Assembly (NCBI GenBank): GCA_030390025.1
Contig: CM059432.1
Location: 4,774,001-4,838,000 of the forward strand
Reading direction: 5' to 3'
DNA: 64,000 nt
From: Squalus acanthias
Taxonomy: Eukaryota
Shown: piece by piece, positions 24,105 to 37,423 of the stretch
Layout: each line of letters starts with the position of its first letter
Position numbering within the stretch: position 1 is the stretch's first letter
The notes under the pieces: model-generated
Told to the model about the DNA's origin: nothing
Database searches by the model: none
The model's input: the letters and a program-made list of their open reading frames with translations, nothing else
Translations under genes and position numbers: made by a program

Positions 24105-25215
24105 TAGTGTTTTATAAAGGTTCATCATAACTTCCTTGTTTTGTACTCTGTGCCTCTATTCATGAAACCCAGGATCTCATAAGCCTTTTTAACTGCTTTC
24201 TCAACCTGCCCTGCCACCTTGAATGATTTGTGCACATATACCCCCAGGTCTCTCTGCTCATGCACCCCCTTTAGAATTGTACCCTTTAGTTTATATTGCC
24301 TCTCCTCATTCTTTCTACCAAAATGTATCACTTCACACTTTTCTGCGTTAAATTTCATCTGCCACGTGTCCACCCATTTCACCAGCCTGTCTATGTCTTC
24401 CTGAAGTCTATCATTCTCCTCCGCACTGTTCACTATACTTCCAAGTTTTGTGTCATCTGCAAATTTTGAAATTGTGCCCTGTACACCCACGTCCAAGTCA
24501 TTGATATATATCAAGAAAAGCAGTGGTCCTAGAACCGACCCCTGGGGAACACCACTGTATACCTTCCTCCAGTCTGACAAACAACCGTTCACCACTACTC
24601 TCTGTTTCCTGTCACTTAGCCAATTCCGTATCCATGCTGCCACTGTCCCTTTTATTCCATGGGCTTCAACTTTGCTGGCAAGCCTATTATGTAGCACTTT
24701 GTCAAACGCCTTTTTGGAAATCCATCAACCGCATTGCCCTCATCAACCCTCTCTGTTACCTCATCAAAAAACTCGATCAATTTGGTTGAACACGATTTGC
24801 CTTTAACAAAGTCATGCTGGCTTTCCTTAATTAATCCATACTTGTGCAAGTGACTGTTAATTTTGTCCCTGATTACTGTTTATAAAAGCTTCCCCACTAC
24901 CGAGGTCAAACTGACTGGCCTGCAGTTGCTGGATTTACCTTTATACCTTTTTTTGAACAATGATGTAACATTTGCAATTCTCCAGTCCTCTGGCACCACC
25001 CCCATATCTAAGGAGGATTGGAATATTATGGCCAGTACCTCCGCGATTTCCTCCCTCAATTCCCTCAGCATCCTAGGCCCATCCCACCTACTCCTGGTGA
25101 CTTATCTACTTTAAGTACAGCCAGCCTTTCTAATACCTCCTCTTTATCAATTTTTATCCTATCAAGTATCTCCACTACCTCCTCCTTCACTATGTCTATG
25201 GCAGCATCCTCTTCT
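24105..25215 (-). mobile_element. CR1 RT fragment
   Basis: VPEDWRIANV, GVPQGSVLGPLLFLIYINDL, KFADDTKL. Confidence 0.93.
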
Positions 25216-25448
25216 TTTTTAGTGATGCTGGTTGAGAGAGAAATATTGGTCAGGGCACCAAGGAAGAACTCCACCTGCTCTTCTTCGAAATAGTGCCACG
25301 GGACTTTTTACGTCCACCTGAGGGGGCAGACGGGGCCTCGGTTTAACGTCTCATCCGAAAGACGGCACCTCCGACAGTGCAGCACTCCCTCAGAACTGCA
25401 CTGGGAGTGTCAGCCTGGATTTTTGTGCTCAGGTGTCTGGAGTGGGAC
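25216..25448 (-). mobile_element. SacSINE1-like fragment
   Basis: Reverse-complement Deu-like core. Confidence 0.8.
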
Positions 25449-26369
25449 TACAACTTAATGGCAGACAACTTCGAAGGCCTGAGCGAAAGCAAGGCGCTAG
25501 AAAAGAAAAAGGGTTGTGAAAATGTCTGTCAATCTTGATCGGGAAGTAGACAGACTGCTGTCTAGTATCGTCTAACTTCCTATCCCACGGTGGCTGAGAT
25601 GTAGGTGTGACTGGCTCGGAGCTTTTGTGTTCTGCACACTAGTTTTAACCGGTCTGTGCATTCATAAGCAGGACGGCGAACCTTCGAGTGCCAATATCAG
25701 GTTCACAGTTGGTGAAGCAACAATAGTTTATACAAAAGCCATTCAGAAAGTGAAAAAGGTTTATTGATACACAGATGCCAACCATTCATAACACTGTCTG
25801 TGATCTGTAGGACAGAAAAAGGGCTGAGCATTTCCATTTTTCTGTCAGGATTGTGCATATAAGGGTAACGGATTAAATATAATTACCTCGTTCTTCACAG
25901 GTCCCAAGAATTCTGTATGCGCTGTGAGCTGTTGTTTTTGTTCTAAACTGTTTGAATGAGTCAGCTCAGACGAGCCACAAACTGAAATCATTGCTTTTAG
26001 TTGGGGATCCGGTAATCGGGCTACTTCTCTCCCTCCCCCTCTTTGGTACTTTGGGACATCCTGAGGTCGTAAAAGGCGCTATCTAAATGCAAGTTCCTCC
26101 CTTTCTGCCCGCGCGTCTCTTTTGATCAGCCACATGGAAAAGTGCGAGAGAAACGCCGGTTGATTTACCATCCTCTCGAAAAATGATACAGAGCCAGCTG
26201 GGAGTGGCAGCGCTTAGCAAAAGTGGAGCGCTGGCAGGGCGACAGCACAAGGAGGGTCTATCTGAGTCACCGTTGCACATGTTCAACAGATTTGGCAGCC
26301 GATTACTCGCCCTCCCTCCAGCCTGGGAACGGTGGATGGAGTAGTTCAGCAAAAGGAGAAGGAAAATAT

Positions 26370-26910
26370 AACAACAACTTGCATTTATATACCGCCTTTA
26401 ACATAGCAAAACTTCCGCAGGAGCGATTATCAAACAAGGTTTGACACCGAGCCACATAAGGAGATTTTAGGACAGGTGACCAAAAGCTTGGTCAAAGAGG
26501 TAGGTTTTAAGGAGCGTCTTAATGGAGCAGAGAGAGGCGGAGAGGTTTAGGGAGAGAGTTCCAGAGCTTGGGGCCCAGGCAGCTGAAGGCACGGCCGCCA
26601 ATGGTGGAGCGATTATAATCAGGGATTCACAAGAGGCCGGAATTGGAGGCGCACAGAGATTCTCGGAGGGTTGTGGGGCTGGAGAGATGGCGGGGGTGGG
26701 GGGGGGGCGAGGCCAGGGAGGGATTTGAACACGAGGATGAGAATTTTACAATGGAGGCGTTGCCAGGCCGGGAGGCCAATGTAGGTCAGCGAGCACAGTG
26801 GGGTGATGGGTGAACGGGACTCGGTGCGAGTTAGGGTGCGGGCACTAAGCAGAGGTTAGGATGAGCTCAAGTTAACGGAGGGCGCGAGGTGCGAGGCCGG
26901 CCATGGGGAG
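26370..26910 (-). mobile_element. L2 3' fragment
   Basis: aacaacttgcatttatat tail; LHWLP and GGRAFSCLGPKLWNSL motifs on the minus strand. Confidence 0.85.
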
Positions 26911-27594
26911 CATATAGTTAAAAATAAGGCATATTTTTATGGTAGATTGTCACACTTGGTTTTCAGTGAAGAATCCTAGGAAATTTGCCAGAAAGCCACA
27001 ATCACCACTTCTCCTGTTTAAAGTTGCATGTCAGCAAATTAAAGGGAAACTGACAACTCAGCAATGTTGATCGTGCAGTATCTGCGCCTGTCAGCAGTGA
27101 GGTAGGTGTGCGCTGCTTATACAAACAGAGGCTCCGCACAAATATCCATTTCAGCAAATTATTGTAATGCTTTAGTCTTTTTTTATTAAACACTGCATTC
27201 AGAAATGTTGACAGCAAAAATTTGGAATGGAATCTGGTCTCGGTCGTGGTGTCAGAGAAAATAAAACACTCTGACTTTGTCTTAACCTTCGCACGGTGCG
27301 AGGAATGGAAATTGACTGGGACTATAAGCTTGAGCGATGCAATTTCTGATTGGCCAATGCTAAAACGCAACTGCCACCACAATAGTTTCGAACCTCGTTA
27401 TGCCAACCGTGGAAAATCATGCACAGAGCATTATAAAACACAACTTAAAGAGATGGGGATTTCCAGTTAACCAGGACATGTTCAATGTAATCTAATGCAC
27501 CGTGCTATCAACTGTGACAGCATCATGTACAAAGGAAGTCAATGAACCAAGTACATGTGTATCTGACTATAAGATTTAGACATAAAGTAAGAAA

Positions 27595-28603
27595 GATTTT
27601 GCATTTATATAGCGCCTTTCACAACCTCAGGACGTCCCAAAGCGCTGAACAGCCAATGAAGTACTTTTTGAAGTGTAGTCACTGTGGTAATGTGGGAAAC
27701 GCAGCATCCAGTCTGCGCACAGCAAGCTCCCACAAACAGCAACGTGATAATGATCAGATCATCTGTTTTTTAGTGATGTGGGCTGAGGGATATATATTGG
27801 CCCCAGGACACTGGGGAGAACTCCCCTGCTCTCCTTCCAAATATAGAATCATAGAAGTTTACGGCACAGAAAGAGGCCATTCGGCCCATCCTGTCTGTGC
27901 TGGCTGAAAAAGAGCTCTCCAGCCTAATCCCACTTTCCAGCTCTTGGTCCGTAGCCCTGTAGGTTACGGCACTTCAAGTGCATATCCAAGTACTTTTTAA
28001 ATGTGATGAGGGTTTCTGCCTCGACCACCCTTTCAGGCAGTGAGTTCCAGACCCCCACCACCCTCTGGGTGAAAAAAGTTCTCCTCAACTCCTCTCTAAT
28101 CCTTCTACCCATTACTTTAAATCTCTGCCCCCTGGTTATTGACCTCGCTGCTCAGGGAAATAAGTCCTTCCTATCCACTCTATCTAGGCCCTCGCATAAT
28201 TTAATACACCTCAATTAAGTCTCCCCTCAGCCTCCTCTATTCCAAAGAAAACAACCCCAGCCTATCCAATCTTTCCTCAGAGCTAAAATTCTCCAGTCCT
28301 GGCAGCATCGTCATAAATACCTCTGTACCCTCTCTAGTGCAATCACATCTTTCCTGTAACGTGGTGACAAGAACTGTACAGAAATAGTGCCAAGGTATCG
28401 TTTATGTCCACCTGAGGGGGCAGATGGTGCTTCAGTTTAATATCTCATCTGAAAGACGGCACCTCCGACAGTGCAGTACTCCCTCAGTACTGCACAGGGA
28501 GTGTCAGCCTAGATTTTTGAGCTCAAGTACCTGGCATGGGGCTTGAACCCACAACCTTCTGACTCAGAGAGCAAGAGTGCTACCCACTGAACCACAGCTG
28601 ACA
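27595..28603 (-). mobile_element. SacSINE1-like SINE with a nested CR1 (about 27843-28380, minus strand)
   Basis: SINE halves join across a CR1 3' fragment (FFTQRVVGVWNSLPE). Confidence 0.85.
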
Positions 28604-28765
28604 CCTGCACCTGCCCAAAGCCAGCGGGGGTCTTTTTTAACATACGCACATTGGGTCCTACTGACGTCACCAAGACCCCAGTGCAGTTTTAACTTGGCGT
28701 CCAAAGCGGTACTGAGTTTCCCACCAGACCAAACCCGGTGGGGGGAGAGGATCGGGGTCAGAAGT

Positions 28766-29880
28766 TGAAGGGATATTTACTAGTCCTAGCCCCTTTGGGG
28801 TTATCCCTTTTCAGGCGTATTTCTCAGACGTTCAGTTTCGACTAAAGTTTGAGGTAGCCGAATCCTAAAGACGCTTAATTGGGTCTAAAGGTCTGGGCTA
28901 TCTCTCCCTAAAGGAAAGGAACAACCCAGGAATGTTACAGTTCTCCAGATAGCACTTTTATTAAGTTTAGCTAGACTGTAACGTCCCGGATATTATGAGG
29001 GTCCGGAGAACTCCTTCAGAATTATGCAACTCTTCACCAAAGAGTGTGCAGAGATTGAGTTATCGAGTTATTGATACAGAAGACTTATGTGAGACAATTC
29101 TAAAAATATATAGAGATTTATTAAAAGAACCGACATGCAATTTACAGTTGGTGAATCAGTCAATCGCAACGTTAACAGTTCTAAAAAGAGAAAAAATACG
29201 ATCTTTTTAACAGAGAATCTTACTTTTAAATCTTAACTTCGCTACAGTATTACAGTTCTTAAAGTTTTCTATACAGGATATCCATCAATATCAAATACCT
29301 TTGATCCCCGAGGTACAAAGAGTTGAAGACCACAGAGCCGCCTCTGAAGCCGAGAATCGCTATGCCCGATTAAAGCTACTCTGATATCCCATTTGAGACT
29401 TCAATATTTATACCCTTTTCCAGTTGTATTTCCTTTAAAGTTTCTGCTGATGCAAGTTAATTATCCCCATTCATCGTTCTGCTGACCTCTGCAATTCTTT
29501 ACTGCTACATCAGCTTGTAATATTCCAGAATCTTGTCTTTCTCCAGGTGTTCTGGGGTCACCATATAAAACAGTGTGAAGGGAAGATGTCATCTTTACGA
29601 GGGCAGATGTTCCTTATCTTATGTGCCATCTTTACGAAGTTTAAATTAAAGCACCTTATCCAGGGTGGAACACTGTTTTTTTCCCCAAAGGTCAGTTTGT
29701 CGGAGCCATGCACCTTCTGTTTCAATAAGTTATTTATTCAGGGTCAACAACTGTCTTATCTCAGTGGCCAGAATTCTTTCACAGCTATTTCATAGTTAGG
29801 TTTCTGAATTTCCAAACCCAGTTTGTCATGTTTTGAAGAATTTATAAGGTAGAGTTCCTTATATAGTATATTCCTTCACA
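28766..29880 (-). mobile_element. Solo LTR, 1115 bp
   Basis: Ends tgaagggatat... / ...atattccttcaca; TSD AAGT at 28762-28765 and 29881-29884; minus-strand TATAAA at 29412-29407 and AATAAA at 28962-28957. Confidence 0.75.
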
Positions 29881-30062
29881 AAGTGGCCCCAAAAAGGTAA
29901 GTTATTACATTTTTAAAAAAATCTTTCATTGTGGGGCTAGAAGAGCACAATTGCTCCAACAGGTCCGGTGATAAATGCTTTGGCCTCCCCCGCCGCGGAC
30001 TCAGGTCCCTTCCCGATCGCGCGACCCCACCCTCATCCGTGGGGCGGTCCCGACAGTGAACC

Positions 30063-31092
30063 CAACAACAACAGCAACAACTTGCATTTACCCAGCGCCT
30101 TTAACGTAGTAAAACGTCCCAAGGCGCTTCACAGGAGCGATTGTTAAATTAAATTTGACACTGAGCCACTTAAGGTGATATTAGGGCAGGTGACCAAAAG
30201 CTTGGTCAAAGAGGCGGGTTTTAAGGAGCGTCTTAAAGGAGGAGAGAGAGGTAGAGAGGCGGAGAGGTTTAGAGAGGGAATTCCAGAGCTTAGGGCCCAG
30301 GCAGCTGAAGGCACGGCTGCCAATGATGGTACGTGTTGTTGCCTCCCAAATCCGTGCCCGTCTTTCCCGCAACTCCATGTTTGAATCCCTCCAATCAGGT
30401 TTCCGCCCTTGCCACAGTACCGAAGCGGCTCTCCTCAAAGTCACAAATGACATCCTTTGTGACTGTGACAAAGGTAAACTATCCCTCCTCGACCTTCGTG
30501 ACTTGTCTGTAGCCTTTGACACGGTTGACCACTCCATCCTTCTCCAACGCCTCTCCACCGTCGTCCAGCTGGGTGGAACTGCACTCGCCTGGTTCAATTC
30601 TTATCTATCTAATCGTAGCCAGAGAATCACCTGCAATGGCTTTTCTCCCACTCCCGCATCGTTACCTTTGGTGTCCCCCAAGGATCTATCCTTAGCCCCC
30701 CTCCTATTTCTCATCTACATGCTGCCCCTTGGCGACATCATCCGAAAACACAGCATCAGTTTCCACATGTACGCTGACGACACCCAGCTCTACCTCACTA
30801 CCACTTTTCTCGACCCCTTCCACGGTCTCTAAATTGTCAGACTGCTTGTCCGACATCCTTCTATTGCCTGAGCCCTAAGCTCTGGAATTGCCTGCCTAAA
30901 CCTCGCTACCTCTCTTTCCTCCTTTAAGATGCTCCTTAAAACCTACCTCTTTGACCAAGCTTTTGGTCATCTGCCCTAATTTCTCCTTATGTGGCTCGGT
31001 GTCAAATTTTGTGTCTTCTAATACACCTGTGAAGCACCTTGGGACGTTTTACCATGTTAAAGGCGCTATATAAATACAAGTTGTTGTTGTTG
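30063..31092. mobile_element. L2 fragments: minus-strand tail 30063-30325 joined to plus-strand RT and tail 30326-31092
   Basis: QSGFRPCHSTEAAL, AFDTVDH, YADDTQLY. Confidence 0.9.
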
Positions 31093-32114
31093 ATTAAAAT
31101 CGGGGGAGGCCAAGTCACTGAATATATTTAAGGAGGAGATGGATAGATTTCTAGACACAAAAGGCATTAAAGGGTATGGGGAGAGAGCAGGAATATGGTA
31201 TTGAGATAGAGGGTCAGCCATGATCATATTGAATGGCGTAGCAGGCTCGAAGTGCCGACTGGCCTACTCCTGCTCTTATTTTTCTATGTTTCTATGTTTC
31301 TAAGAGGTCAGAATTGGAGGAGCGCAGATATCTCGGAGGGTCATAGGGCTGGAGGAGGTTACAGAGATAGCGAGGGGGGGGCGAGGCCGTGGAGGGATTT
31401 GAAAACAAAGATGAGAATTTTAAAAGTCGAGGTGTTGACGGAACGGGAGCCAAAGTAGATGAGCAAGGCAGTGGCAGAGGGACAGCGGTTGGGGTGGAGA
31501 GGGGTAATGTGGAGATGGAAGAAGCCGCCTTAGTAACAGATCAGATATTGGGAGAACAAGCTGAACGTGTGTGGCGGGGGGGGGGGGGGGGGCAGCGAAA
31601 CAAAAGGATACGGAAGCTCACGATAACTCCTTCTAACTTTTAAAAGGTCCTCACTGTTACACATTATCGGTGTTTAAACCGGCTAATTACAGCCGCGAAT
31701 TGTCGTCTAAAAAGATTGTCAGAATGTGTTTCTGGAATAACTTTAAGAGTTATTACTGCTGGTAATTTGTTAAACTGGAAAAGCATTTGAGAAACTTGTT
31801 CTAAATTAAAGTTCTTCGCTTGTGTGTCCTGGTTACTGTTTAGCAAGTTGCGGTATCTTATTACAAGTTTCAGTGACAGGGTAGATTCTTCTCTCTCGCT
31901 CTGCGTCTTGACTATGCCTCAATGTTTTGTATCTGTTTATACTCCAAAGACAGATGTTTTGCCCTGGAGGGAAGGTAAGACTCAAACCTCTGCCAGAAAC
32001 CAGTCCGACTGGTTCGGCAGTCAGGCAACCGCATCTTTGCTGTTACAAAAGCTGAATTGTTCTGTGACCGACATTATCGTAAAGATTCGGAAAATATCAG
32101 ATTTACAAAGAGAG

Positions 32115-32600
32115 AAAGAACTTGCATTTCTATCGCGCCTTTTGCGACGTCCCAAAGCGCTTTACAGCCAATGAAGTACTTTTTGAAGTGTAGTCACTGT
32201 TGTAATGTAGGAAACACGGCAGCCAATTCGCGCACAGCAAGCTCCCACAAACAGCAATGTGATAATGACCAGATAATCTGTTTTAGTGATGTTGGTTGAG
32301 AGATAAATATTGGCCAGGACACTGGGGAGAACTCCCCTGCTCTTCTTTGAAATAGTGCCGTGGGATCTTTTACATCCACCCGAGAGAGCAGACGGGGGCC
32401 TCGGTTTAACGTCTCATCAGAAAGACGGCACCTCCAACAGTGCGGCACTCCCTCTCTACTGCAAAGGAGTGTCAGCCTAGATTATGTGCTCAAGTCCCTG
32501 GACTGGGACTTGAACTCATGACTTGAGCACAAAAATCTAGGCTGACACTCCAATGCAGTACTGAGGGAGTACCCAACTGTCGGAGGTGCCGTCTTTCAGA
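32115..32600 (-). mobile_element. SacSINE1-like SINE plus a short inverted SINE piece (32520-32600)
   Basis: Deu-like core present in both orientations. Confidence 0.8.
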
Positions 32601-32849
32601 AGTGATGTTGAGGAGCACGCTCAGGGGCTGGAGTGCTACTCAACATGCGCTCCCTGCAAGCGTGACTCCCCCATCGGTAGCAGCAAATCACAGAATGACC
32701 CCTTGTAAATGCTCCCAGTGCAGAGTTGCAGATAAACACCACCAACAACTTATATTTATATAGTGCCTGAACATAGTAAAACGTCCCAAGCCGCTTCACA
32801 GGAGCGAAATCAGGTGAAATTTGACACCAAGGCATATAAGGAGATATGA

Positions 32850-33720
32850 GGAGGAGGAAGCTCCAGGATTATCCCCGTCCTCAATGACGACGGAGCCCAG
32901 CACGCAAGTGCAAAAGACAAGGCTGAAGCGCTTGCAACCATCTTCAACCAGAAGTGCCGAGTGGATGATCCATCTCGGCCTCCTCCTGAGGTCCCCACCA
33001 TCACAGAAGCCAGTCTTCAGCCAATTCAATTCACTCCACGTGATATCAAGAAACGGCTGAGCACACTGGATACAGCAAAGGCTATGGGCCATGACAACAT
33101 CCCGGCTATCGTGCTGAAGACTTGTGCTCCAGAACTAGCCGCACCTCTAGCCAAGCTGTTCCAGTACAGCTACAACACTGGCATCTATCCGACAATGTGG
33201 AAAACTGCCCAGGTATGTCCTGTCCACAAAAAGCAGGACAAATCCAACCCGGCCAATTACCGCCCCATCAGTCTACTCTCAATCATCAGCAAAGTGATGG
33301 AAGGTGTTGTCAACAGTGCTATCAAGCAGCACTTACTCACCAATAACCTGCTCACTGATGCCCAGTTTGGGTTCCGCCAGGACCACTCGGCTCCAGACCT
33401 TGGTCCAAACATGGACAAAGGAGCTCAATTCCAGAGGTGAGGTGAGAGTGACTGCCCTTAACATCAAGGCAGCATTTGACCGAGTGTGGCATCAAGAAGC
33501 TCTAGTAAAACTGAAGTCAATGGGAATCAGGGGGAAAACTCTCCACTGGCTGGAGTCATACCTAGCACAAAGGAAGATGGTTGTGTTTGTTGGAGGTCAA
33601 TCATCACAGCCCCAGGACATCGCTGCAGGAGTTCCTCAGGGCAGTGTCCTAGGCCCAACCATCTTCAGCTGCTTCATCAATGACCTTCCCTCCAACATAA
33701 GGTCAGAAATGGGGATGTCC
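32850..33720 (+). mobile_element. CR1-group LINE RT fragment (distinct family)
   Basis: LAAPLAKLFQYSY, NYRPISLLS, QFGFR, AFDRVWH, GVPQGSVLGPTIF. Confidence 0.9.
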
Positions 33721-34014
33721 ATAATTGTCCACAGTACTCCAGCTGTGGCCTAACCAGTGATTTATAAAGCCTCGTTGCTTTCATATTCTATTCCTCTATT
33801 TATAAACCTGAGCAACTCATGAATTTTCCATGAGTTACTCACGGAAAGGGTAATCAGGTGTTGCAAATGTCCCGTAAATTTAATGTTTCATTCTTTTAAG
33901 TGAATCAACACCACAAGAATGATGGATGCTTTTATTTTATAAAGACAGCAAACAAATAGATTCTAACAGCACGGAGATGCCTTTTGCTTTTTTTATGGCT
34001 TCCATTCTCTCCTT

Positions 34015-34790
34015 ATTACACAAGTTAGGGTTGTATTCCCTAGAATTTAGAAGGTTAAGGGGTGATCTGATCGAAGTTTTCAGGATATTAAGGGCAACAA
34101 CAATAACAACAACAACGTGTATTTATATAGCGCCTTTTACGTAGTAAGACGTCCCAAGGCGCTGCACAGGAGTATTTTAAGACAAAAAATTTGACACTGA
34201 GCCACATAAGAAGAAACTAGGACAGGTGACCAAAAGCTTGGTCAAAGAGGTAGGTTTTAAGGAGCATCTTAAAGGAGGAGAGAGAGGTAGAGAGGCGGAG
34301 AGGTTTAGGCAGGGAATTCCAGAGCTTGGGGCCTAGGCAACAGAAGGCACGGCCACCAAAGGTTGATCGATTATAATCAGGGATCCTCAAGAGGGCAGAA
34401 TTAGAGGAGCGCAGATATCTCGGGGGGTTGTGGTAGATAGGGTGGATAGAGAGAAACTATTTCCGCTGGTTGGGGAGTCTAGGACTAGGGGGCATAGTCT
34501 GAAAATTAGAGCCAGACCTTTCAGGAGTGAAGTTAGGAAACACTTCTACACACAAAGGGTGGTAGAAGTTTGGAACTCTCCTCCACAAACAGCAATTGAT
34601 GCTCGATCAATTGTTAATTTTAAATCTGGGATTGATAGGTTTTTGTTAACCAAAGGTATTAGGGGATATGGGCCAAAGGCAAGTTTATGGAGTTAGGTCG
34701 CAGATCAGCCATGATCTCATTGAATGGCGGAACAGGCTCGAGGGACTGAACGGCCTCCTCCTGTTCCTATGTCCTACATTCCTATGTTCC
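34015..34790 (+). mobile_element. CR1 3' fragment with a nested minus-strand L2 tail (about 34095-34432)
   Basis: LGLYSLEFRRLRGDLIEVF continues as DRVDREKLFP after the L2 piece. Confidence 0.88.
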
Positions 34791-35169
34791 TATTTTAGGT
34801 CTTATCATCTTTTCCTGCTTGTGACAAACCTCAAACTTGTTCCTCACCAGCGACCCCTCACAGCGCCTCAAGCTGCAAATGATCTCATTAAGATTAATGT
34901 GCTTTTATCTCCCATTCTCATCTGTAACAGGAGGATTTATGGTCGAATGTGGTTACATGAAACAAAAGAGGCTTCAGTTTAAGATTTTTTTTCTCTTTAG
35001 CAAGGTTCTCATGTTATCTTATCTGAGCTGACTGTGAGAAATGTCTAGGCGGTGCAGTGATTCCATTTGCGTCAGCTCTTTTGCAGGTCATTAGACACCT
35101 GGGCTGTCTGATATTTGTACTGCAAAAACCTACATCTCCAGCTCAACTGGCTGCACAGGATTAACATAA

Positions 35170-35692
35170 ACTTGAGCTCATCCAAAACTCCCAACTATAC
35201 GAACTCGCACCAAGTCCTGCTCACCATCACCTCTGTGCTCACTGACCTACAGTGGCTCCCAGTCCGGCAACACCTCGATTTTAAAATTCTCATCCTGGTT
35301 TTCAAATCCCACAATGGCCTCACCCCTCCCTATCTCTGTAATCTCCTCCAGCCCCACAAGCACCCCCCCCACCCCCGCCCCCCGAGATATCTGCACTGCT
35401 CTAATTCTGGCATCCTGCGAATTGCAGATTTTAATCGCTCCACCATTGGTGGCCGTGGCTTCAGCTGTCTAGACCTTAAGCTCCAGAATTCCCTCCCTAA
35501 ACCTCTCCGCCTCTCTCTCCTCCTTTAAGACGCTCCTTAAAACCTACCTCTTTGACCAAGCTTTTGATCACCTGAAGTAATATCTCCTCATGTGGCTCAG
35601 TGTCAAATTTTGTTTGATAACTCTCCCTGTGAAGCGCCTTGGGACATTTTACTGCATTAAAAGCGCTGTCTAAATACAAGTTTTTGTTGTTG
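35170..35692 (+). mobile_element. L2 3' fragment
   Basis: LQWLPVRQHLDFKILILVFKS and L2 tail. Confidence 0.85.
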
Positions 35693-36974
35693 ATTAATGT
35701 AAAATCTAACTAAATAAAGAAAGAAAGACTTGCATTTCTACAGCACCTTTCACAACCTCAGGGTGTCCCAAAGCGCTTTACAGCCAATGAAGTACTTTTT
35801 GAAGTGTGGTCACTGTTGTAATGTAGGAAACGCAGGCAGCCAATTTACGCACAGCAAGCTCCCACAAACAGCAATGTGCTAATGACCAGATCATCTGTTT
35901 TAGTGATGATGGTTGAGGGATAAATATTGGCCAGGACACCGGGAGAACTCCTCTGCTCTCCTTCGAATAGTGCCATGGGATCTTTTACGTCCACCTGAGC
36001 AAGCAGACAGGGCCTCGGGTTTATAATGAATAAACAAAAGTGTTCAAAGAAAGTGAGAAAAAAAACCACATAATGGTTGCTTAATGCCACAGTGTCAGTG
36101 TGGCTCAGTGGGTAGCACCCTCGCCTCTGAGTCAGAAGGTTGTGGTTTCATAGTCCCACTCCAGAGACTTGAGCATAAAAGTCTAAGCTGACACTCCAGT
36201 GCAGTGCTGAGGGAGTGCTGCACTGTCGGAGGATGAGACGTTAAACCGAGGCCCCGTCTGCTCTCTCAGGTGGACGTAAAAGATCCCATGGCATTATTTC
36301 GAAGAAGAGCAGCTAAGTTATTGCCGGTGTCCCTGCGCCAATATTTATCCCGCAACCAACATAACAAAAACAGTCTATCTGATCTTTATCACATTGCTGT
36401 TTGTAGCCAGGGATGTTCAAGAGGCTACAAGCATAGAGTTCTGCTTAGTGGTGAGATTGGGAAATCTATCGACATTCCTCACTCACACTGCTGCAACAAA
36501 CACAGCATAACCTGTTCATTCAACAGGCTGTAACGAGAAGCAATGAGTAGAATACTCATTAAAATCAGGGATGCTCAAGAGGTCAGAATTAGAGGAGCGC
36601 AGATATCTCGGGGTGGGGGGGGGGGTGGTTGTGGGGCTGAAGGAGATTACAGAGATAGGGAGGGGGCGGGGTCATGGAGGGATTTGTAAACAATGATGTG
36701 AATGTTGAAATCGAGGTGTCGCTTAATGGGAAGCCAATGTAGGTCAGTGAGCACAGCGGGGATGGGTGAACGGGACCTGGTGTGAGTTGAACTTCAGAAC
36801 CACCCATTCACCCCGACAGCACATTTGCTATTTTAATCTGTGCTGTATGAGAACAAGGGCTGGAACGAGAGTTGGAAGTTGCGCTGCTCTTTATTTTCAA
36901 TGGTGACTCAGGAGCACCTGTACTGTTGCTCATTGATGTGGGAGCACTGTTGACATTTTTCCTTTGATATTAGA

Positions 36975-37423
36975 GGACGGGTCACATTGTCCACATGCCC
37001 AATACGAGACTCCCAAAACAAGCGCTCTACTCGGAGCTCCGGCACGGCAAGAGAGCCCCAGGTGGGCAGAGGAAGCGCTTCAAGGACACCCTCCAAGCCT
37101 CCTTGAAAAAGTGCAACGTCCCCACCGACACCTGGGAATCCCTGGCCCAAGACCGCACAAAGTGGAGGAGAAGCATCCGGGAAGGCGCCGAACACCTCGA
37201 GTCTCTTCGCCGGGAGCAAGCGGAAGCCAAGCGCAGACAGCGCAAGGAGCGCACGTCAACCCAAGCACCCCACCCACCCGCCCCTTCAACCACCGTCTGC
37301 CCCACCTGTGACAGAGACTGTAGGTCCCGCATTGGACTCATCAGTCACCTGAGAACTCATTTTTAATGTGGAAGCAAGTCATCCTCGGTTCCGAGGGACT
37401 GCCTAAGAAGAAGAAGAAGAAGA
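36975..37423 (+). mobile_element. RTE 3' fragment
   Basis: ORF 36995-37366, (AAG)n tail, flanking AGAGG; empty site visible at 40878-40882. Confidence 0.92.

Noticed and set aside
30063..31092. L2 tails pointing outward as a novel TIR element
   Set aside because: The arms are diverged ordinary L2 tails with no TSD; independent insertions plus deletion explain it
31915..31975. Possible coding exon ending at AAG|gtaaga
   Set aside because: No recognisable protein similarity or partner exon
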